Assembly: GCA_050486505.1 (NCBI GenBank)
Contig: JBJHDK010000009.1
Span: 1-55,358 of the forward strand
Origin: Fibrobacteria bacterium
Lineage (GTDB): Bacteria > Fibrobacterota > Fibrobacteria > UBA11236
Length of the DNA: 55,358 nucleotides
Direction of reading: 5' to 3'
The notes beneath the pieces are model-generated. The model was not told where the DNA came from and made no database searches. It saw only the letters and a list, made by a program, of their open reading frames with translations. How positions within the stretch are numbered: the first letter of the stretch is position 1; every line of letters starts with the position of its first letter. Made by a program: the position numbers and the translations under genes. Positions 50,139 through 55,358 of this stretch are shown piece after piece.

Positions 50139-51059
50139 ATGCGCTTCACCCTCGATTCCGCCGCCCTGGAGCGGATTTTCGCCAACTGGAACATCCCCGT
50201 CCCCAAGGCCGGGATTGTGCTCTTCGCCCTGCGCGGCTGCACTCCGCACCCCCCCCCTCAATCCTCACCCAATGGAAAAGAAACCAAAGGGGGGGGATGG
50301 GTGAAATCCGTACTGCTCGAATCCGTCACGCCAAACTACGTGCACATGCGTTGCACCATCGGAGCCTGGGATCGCGAGACCGGACGAATTTTCGCGGCGC
50401 CGGGATCGACCGTGCCGCACCGCGACAACGTTCGCAAGGCCGCGGCGCGCCAAGGCACGATGAAGGGGCGCGGCACCAACCAGCTCGAACCCGGTTTCTA
50501 CGCCGACCTGACCAAGGGCGAGCACCTGCAGGGCAAACCTCAGGGCCACGCGGCGTTGCGGCAGACTGCCAACCGGTTATACCGTCGCGCCCCGGAGTTC
50601 CGAAAGGCCGCGCCGCTCTACACGACGCGGGATCCGCTGTTCTACGGGAACCCGTACGATAACCTGCATTGCGCATGGAATGTGAGCCCCGATCAGGAAG
50701 GGTTCCGCAGTTCGGGATGCGTGGTCGTCGCGGGGTGGCCGCATTGTCCGAGACTGGCGCGCCTTCCGGATGCGAGACCCCGGGAAAACAAAAACGCCGG
50801 CGCGTGGAAAACCTTGCACGACCTCATCTATGCCGCGCCGCAGCGCAAGTTTCCGTTGTTGTTGTTGGGGGGCCGAGATGTCGGCCGCGCCCTGTCCGGG
50901 TCGGGAAGCAAGGCGCGACTGTGTTTCGGCTCGGAAGGCGAGGCGGTGAGGGCCTTGCAACGGCGGCTCAAGGCCGCCGGGTTCTACAAAGGCAGCGCGC
51001 ACGGCCGCCTGGATGCGCGCACCTACCGGGCGTGGAACGCGGCGGGGTTCAAGGGCTAA
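50139..51059 (+). CDS. Peptidoglycan-binding domain protein with a putative His/Cys catalytic domain
   Basis: C-terminal GSEGEAVRALQRRLKAAGFY...G.LDART. Internal DNLH..SSGC. Confidence 0.72.
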   Translation: MRFTLDSAALERIFANWNIPVPKAGIVLFALRGCTPHPPPQSSPNGKETKGGGWVKSVLLESVTPNYVHMRCTIGAWDRETGRIFAAPGSTVPHRDNVRKAAARQGTMKGRGTNQLEPGFYADLTKGEHLQGKPQGHAALRQTANRLYRRAPEFRKAAPLYTTRDPLFYGNPYDNLHCAWNVSPDQEGFRSSGCVVVAGWPHCPRLARLPDARPRENKNAGAWKTLHDLIYAAPQRKFPLLLLGGRDVGRALSGSGSKARLCFGSEGEAVRALQRRLKAAGFYKGSAHGRLDARTYRAWNAAGFKG

Positions 51060-51060
51060 G

Positions 51061-52125
51061 CTACCAGCGAAAGATTCTGTCGCCCCCCAAGGCATATCCC
51101 CTGCCCGTGGGCAGCAGGCTCAGACGGCCCAGGTCGGCGACGGTATCCACGACGGACCAGGTGGCCCCGCCGTCCGAGGTCTTCAGGGTCGCGCCTCTCC
51201 CCGTCACCATGCCCGTGTTCGCGTCGGTGAACCCGACAGACGTCAAATCCGCGCTTGTGCCGCTTTCCTGCGACATCCACGTCTCGCCGCCGTCCGTGGT
51301 TTTTTGAATCACGCCGTTTCGTCCAACCATCCAGCCGGTCGAGGCATTCAGGAAAAACGCATTCCTCGGGGAACGCACGAACTCGTCCTCCGTCTCCATC
51401 GCGTGCTGCTCCGTCCAGGTGGCGCCACCGTCCAACGTCTTGAACAGGTTTCCGGAAGAGGTGTGTCGCCAGCCGGTTTCGGGATCCACGAACTGGATGA
51501 AGGTTCCGATCTGGTTTTCCCGGACATTCCACGTCACCCCGCCGTCGGTGGTCCAGGCTCCATAGGCGCCGTCTCCCTCTCCGCCGATCCACCCGTGCAA
51601 AGCATCGAGGAAAAACACGGATCGTCCCGACTGCCCCTCGAAGTCACCGTCCCAATCGGTTCCCATGGGGATCCAGGTCTCTCCCCCATCCACCGTGCGG
51701 ACTCCACCGGACGCCCCCACGGCCCAGCCGCGCAGGTTGTCCACGAAGAAAACCCCATGCAATGTCGTCTGGATGTCGCTCGCCTGGCGCACCCAGGTTT
51801 CGCCCCCGTCGGTGGTTTTCAGGATCACGCTGACCGGACGACTCAACTGCGGGGCGAAGGCGGAATCGTATCCACCCACGATCCAACCCGTCTGTGCGTC
51901 GACAAAATGCAGATCGTTCCATCCCACCTCGGGCGGCATTTCCTCGCTGTCCGGATCAAACGGCCCGGGACCGAACGGAAACAGCTCCACCCAGCCGTCC
52001 TTCCCCGGCCCGTTTTCCGGACCCTCCGTCTTCGTCTTCTCCGAACCCGTCATGTAGCAGCCCGCCGCCAACTGCGCCAGCATGATGGCGGCGAGAAAAC
52101 CGGTTAACGCTTGCAAGGACCTCAT
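51061..52125 (-). CDS. YCF48/BNR-repeat lipoprotein
   Basis: Lipobox AAGC. Repeated F.D...GW.VG and (K/R)T.DGG.TW. Confidence 0.88.
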   Translation of the reverse strand: MRSLQALTGFLAAIMLAQLAAGCYMTGSEKTKTEGPENGPGKDGWVELFPFGPGPFDPDSEEMPPEVGWNDLHFVDAQTGWIVGGYDSAFAPQLSRPVSVILKTTDGGETWVRQASDIQTTLHGVFFVDNLRGWAVGASGGVRTVDGGETWIPMGTDWDGDFEGQSGRSVFFLDALHGWIGGEGDGAYGAWTTDGGVTWNVRENQIGTFIQFVDPETGWRHTSSGNLFKTLDGGATWTEQHAMETEDEFVRSPRNAFFLNASTGWMVGRNGVIQKTTDGGETWMSQESGTSADLTSVGFTDANTGMVTGRGATLKTSDGGATWSVVDTVADLGRLSLLPTGRGYALGGDRIFRW

Positions 52126-52273
52126 GTCTCCCCCTGATTACTTGGGTTGTTCGCTAAAGCGAATCAAATATATCCAGGCAAACGTCATTTGACAATCCGA
52201 AAATAAACCTGGATCAATCCCGCACAAAAACCACTCCCTCCACCGAATCCCGCACACCGCCCCCCTGCCGCCA

Positions 52274-52365
52274 TATTGCTTCATCGCTCCATTCTTCCAT
52301 TGTTCTATTGCTGTACTGCTGTATTGCTGTACTGTCCACTGTCCACTGTCCACTGTCCACTGTCC
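52274..52365. repeat. Tandem octamer array followed by a heptamer array (ACTGTCC x5)
   Basis: Seven degenerate 8-mers (tattgctt..tattgctg), then 5 perfect actgtcc units, immediately upstream of lipA. Confidence 0.85.
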
Positions 52366-52382
52366 TTCCTACCTTTCCCCCC

Positions 52383-53267
52383 ATGTCCGCAAGCCCCACA
52401 ACCCCGTCCGCGCCGCTCCGCAAACCCCTCTGGCTGAAGGCCAAAATCCCCTCCGGGGCCGAATACGCCGCCTTGCGCGAGAACGTGCGATCGCACAACC
52501 TGCACACGGTGTGCGAGAGTGCGAGCTGCCCCAATCTGGGCGAGTGCTGGTCCGAAGGCACGGCCACGGTGATGATCCTGGGCAACACCTGCACGCGTGG
52601 TTGCCGTTTCTGCGACGTGCCCAAGGGGCGTCCCGACGGGCTCGATGGCGAGGAGCCGGAGCGCGTGGCCGAGTCGGTGCGGCTGATGAACCTGAAGTAC
52701 GTGGTGATCACCTCGGTGGCGCGCGACGACCTCAAGGACGGCGGCGCGGAGATCTGGCACGAGACGATTCTGCGGACGCGACTCGAGAACCCAGGCACGC
52801 GCATCGAGATCCTCATCCCCGACATGCAGGGGCGGCTCGACCTGGTCGATCATATCCTCGACGCGGCGCCCGATGTGCTCAACCACAATTTCGAGACGGT
52901 GGAACGCCTGCAAAAGCATGTGCGCGGCAAGGCGAACTTCCGCGACACGTCGGCGGTGCTGCGCCGCGCGAAGGAGCGCGGGTTCATCACGAAGACGAGC
53001 CTGATGCTGGGCGTGGGCGAGACCCGCGAAGAACTGGAGGCGGTGATCCGCCACATCGCGGAGTTGAAGGTGGACATCCTTACGATCGGGCAGTATTTGT
53101 CGCCGGGTGGCCCGGGGCATCTGCCGGTGGAGCGCTTCGTGCCGCCGGAGGAGTTCGCGGAACTGCGCGATTACGCGCTGGCGCAGGGGATTCGCGTCTG
53201 CCAATCGGGTCCGCTGGTGCGTTCGTCGTACAAGGCGGACGAAGCGGCGGCGGTGTTGTTCGCGTAG
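52383..53267 (+). CDS. lipA: Lipoyl synthase
   Basis: TVCESASCPNLGECW, CTRGCRFC, NHNFETV, TIGQYL, GPLVRSSY. Confidence 0.97.
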   Translation: MSASPTTPSAPLRKPLWLKAKIPSGAEYAALRENVRSHNLHTVCESASCPNLGECWSEGTATVMILGNTCTRGCRFCDVPKGRPDGLDGEEPERVAESVRLMNLKYVVITSVARDDLKDGGAEIWHETILRTRLENPGTRIEILIPDMQGRLDLVDHILDAAPDVLNHNFETVERLQKHVRGKANFRDTSAVLRRAKERGFITKTSLMLGVGETREELEAVIRHIAELKVDILTIGQYLSPGGPGHLPVERFVPPEEFAELRDYALAQGIRVCQSGPLVRSSYKADEAAAVLFA

Positions 53268-53270
53268 AGG

Positions 53271-53978
53271 CTACCTCGCAGCCTCGGCCCAGCACCCTTC
53301 CAGTTCCGTTTTCACCTGTTGCCACGACGCCTTCTCATCAGGAAGCGTCCGCCCGTCGATCGGAGGGAAGAAGCGCAGCCGCACCGGCACGGTGCCGCCC
53401 CGCGTGCGCGCCTCGAAGGCCGCCCGCGTATCGCGCACATGCACCGGAACGATCCACGCCCCCGCCTGCACCGCCATGCGGATGCCTCCCGACTTCACCG
53501 GCAACAGCGCGCCCGTCTTGCTGCGCGTCCCCTCGGGAAACACCACCAGCGGATGGTCGCCCAGCATCTGCGCCGCCGCGGCCAGGGCGTTGCGCGCGCC
53601 CGCCTTGTCGGCGCGGTCGATGAACACGCAACCCACGCGACGCATCCAGAACGACAACAACGGGATGTCGCCGAGTTCCTTCTTGGCCACGAATCCAACG
53701 CGCTCGCCAAGCGATGCAACCAGCGACGGGATGTCGAGCTGACTCTGGTGATTGCAAAGAATCACGCGCGGTGCGCCGTCGGCCGGAGGCAAATTCCCGG
53801 CGCCCTCGACGGAGAGCTCCGCACCAAACGCCCGCAACGCCAGGCGCGCCCATCGCACGTACAACCTGTCGAGCACGCGCCGTTGAACCGCCGCGCCGCG
53901 CAGGCCGGCGAAGGCGTAGACCACCAGGCTGTACACCATGAATGCCGCCACGCGGGCGATCGCCCAAGCCGTTCTCAT
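53271..53978 (-). CDS. plsC: 1-acyl-sn-glycerol-3-phosphate acyltransferase
   Basis: NHQSQLD, FVAKKEL, FIDR, FPEGTRS. Confidence 0.9.
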   Translation of the reverse strand: MRTAWAIARVAAFMVYSLVVYAFAGLRGAAVQRRVLDRLYVRWARLALRAFGAELSVEGAGNLPPADGAPRVILCNHQSQLDIPSLVASLGERVGFVAKKELGDIPLLSFWMRRVGCVFIDRADKAGARNALAAAAQMLGDHPLVVFPEGTRSKTGALLPVKSGGIRMAVQAGAWIVPVHVRDTRAAFEARTRGGTVPVRLRFFPPIDGRTLPDEKASWQQVKTELEGCWAEAAR

Positions 53979-54104
53979 GCATTCCTTTCGCGGCACGAAG
54001 CCGTCCGACAACAGGGAAAAACCGAAAGCCGAAAGCGAAAAAGACAAAACAAAAAAGGCCCCGAAGCGGGACCTTTCCTGTCGTTCATGACCCGCTTGAA
54101 AAAA

Positions 54105-54302
54105 TCAGCGGGATGCTTCGAGACGCTCCTTGAGGGCGCGACGCACCGCCGTGTTCAAGCGACGCTTGCGCTCTTCGGACGGCTTCTCATGACGTTGCTT
54201 CTTCTTGACGTCGGAAAGAATGCCCGCCTTCTCGCAGGACTTGGTGAAACGCCGCAGCGCTTTCTCGAAGGACTCTCCGGGACGCACGATTACGCCTGTC
54301 AT
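54105..54302 (-). CDS. rpsU: 30S ribosomal protein S21
   Basis: ESFEKALRRF...EKAGIL......HEKPSEERKR. GAGG RBS. Confidence 0.95.
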   Translation of the reverse strand: MTGVIVRPGESFEKALRRFTKSCEKAGILSDVKKKQRHEKPSEERKRRLNTAVRRALKERLEASR

Positions 54303-54614
54303 ACTGTATTCACCTCGATTCCGTATCAATCAGTCAGGGTTCATGTTCTCGTTCGGGGTTGCAAATCTATCAAGCTGGGGGCCCCTGTCAAGCTGCCCCG
54401 TACCCACTCAAATGACGACACTGAATCCCCAAAACCTTGATATCAAACGATTTCAGGGAAAATCGGGGGGATTCCCTGCGCAGCCACCCCTCGGGGGACT
54501 CTCCGGCCCCCCGAAAAAATCAAATCCGGGCCGAACAAATCATTGTCAAATGTTCAAACACAAGGCTGTTGGACTATACTTAACACGAACTTCTTTCCCG
54601 AAAGGGCCTGAAAA

Positions 54615-55061
54615 ATGCTGAAATGGATTCCCCTGACACTTGGCATGACCGCTCTGGTCCTGTCGGGTTGTGGCCAGCAAGCCGATCGTTACGAAGCGGA
54701 AACCCTCCCCGAGCCCGAACTCGTTCTCCCCGAACCACCCCCGATGGATCCCGTCGCGATCGAGCCCGCTCCCGAACCCGTTGCGGCCCCCACCCCGGCC
54801 CCCAAACCCGAACCAAGGCCCGAACCAAAACCCGAACCAAAACCCGAACCGAATTACGGCATCGTCAAGGACGGTCCCTACGTCCTTCAGGTGGCCCTCT
54901 CGAACCAGAAGCGCTCCATCGACGCGCTGGCGGAGCGCCTGCGCAAGGACGGCTTCCCTGCCTACGTGACAACCGTCGAGAACCCCACGCCCGAACTCAA
55001 GGGCACCTACTACCGCGTGCGCATCGGCGCCTTCGCGAACACGCGCACCGCGCGCGAGTAG
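54615..55061 (+). CDS. SPOR-domain lipoprotein, apparently truncated at the C-terminus
   Basis: Lipobox LSGC, PEPK linker, YVLQVA..YYRVRIGAF. Stops 8 residues after GAF. Confidence 0.8.
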   Translation: MLKWIPLTLGMTALVLSGCGQQADRYEAETLPEPELVLPEPPPMDPVAIEPAPEPVAAPTPAPKPEPRPEPKPEPKPEPNYGIVKDGPYVLQVALSNQKRSIDALAERLRKDGFPAYVTTVENPTPELKGTYYRVRIGAFANTRTARE

Positions 55062-55120
55062 CCCACGCGCTCCTCCCACGGCCCGCCGGAGGAGATCAGC
55101 TGTAGGTCAGGCCCGGTCAT
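55040..55120 (-). pseudogene. 5' fragment of a RidA/YjgF-family gene
   Basis: [27 protein letters not shown]. Its ATG overlaps the ruvB TGA, and similarity ends abruptly inside the antisense of the SPOR gene. Confidence 0.75.
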
Positions 55121-55358
55121 CAAGCCTCGTCTTCGTCGTCTTCGAACGTATCGAGGAGCGCACCCTGCAGGCCCAGGGCGGCACGGCGCGGATCCTGTGG
55201 CACCTCGATCCCCAGGTGGCGGTAGCCCAGGTGGGTCAGCAGCCGCCCCCGAGGCGTGCGCTGGATGAAGCCGATCTTCAGCAGGTACGGCTCGTACACG
55301 TCCATGATCGTGTCGGCCTCCTCGGAGACAGCGGCGCCCAGCGTGTCCAGGCCCACCG
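55120..55358 (-). CDS. ruvB: Holliday junction helicase RuvB, C-terminal part (5'-partial)
   Basis: [33 protein letters not shown]. Confidence 0.93.
   Translation of the reverse strand, partial: VGLDTLGAAVSEEADTIMDVYEPYLLKIGFIQRTPRGRLLTHLGYRHLGIEVPQDPRRAALGLQGALLDTFEDDEDEA

Noticed and set aside
54430..54442. IHF-consensus match (TATCAAGGTTTTG, minus strand)
   Set aside because: A single short degenerate match that cannot be distinguished from chance.
54795..54852. Tandem 12-nt repeats (cccgaaccaaaa)
   Set aside because: They encode the ordinary Pro-Glu-Pro-Lys linker of the SPOR protein.

Overview
GC-rich bacterial chromosomal segment made up mostly of housekeeping genes. These include a macB-type permease, an OmpR/histidine kinase pair, fabV-sdhCAB, dnaN, pyrE, aconitase, pyrD, folC, accD, uppP, thiL, pdxJ, miaA, tRNA-Ile/tRNA-Ala, pgi, rsmE, cysDNC, hsp20, lipA, plsC and rpsU. 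There are also several secreted proteins with Q-starting mature N-termini and T9SS/FlgD-like C-terminal domains. An FCB-group origin, probably Fibrobacterota, is my inference. I saw no integrase, transposase, prophage or CRISPR array. The most unusual signals are non-coding. (1) At least 8 intergenic loci have inverted arms of tandem heptamers enclosing variable spacers, and one encloses a ~500 bp cargo (a REP-like doublet plus a DUF2283 gene with an ACG start). (2) A ~100-nt structured hairpin occurs in three copies with compensatory changes, one of them expanded into a multi-stem form. (3) A junction at ~55040-55060 truncates both a SPOR gene and a ridA-like gene across a shared ~20-mer, so the last ~300 bp are probably chimeric. 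All family assignments come from motif recognition by eye, not database searches.
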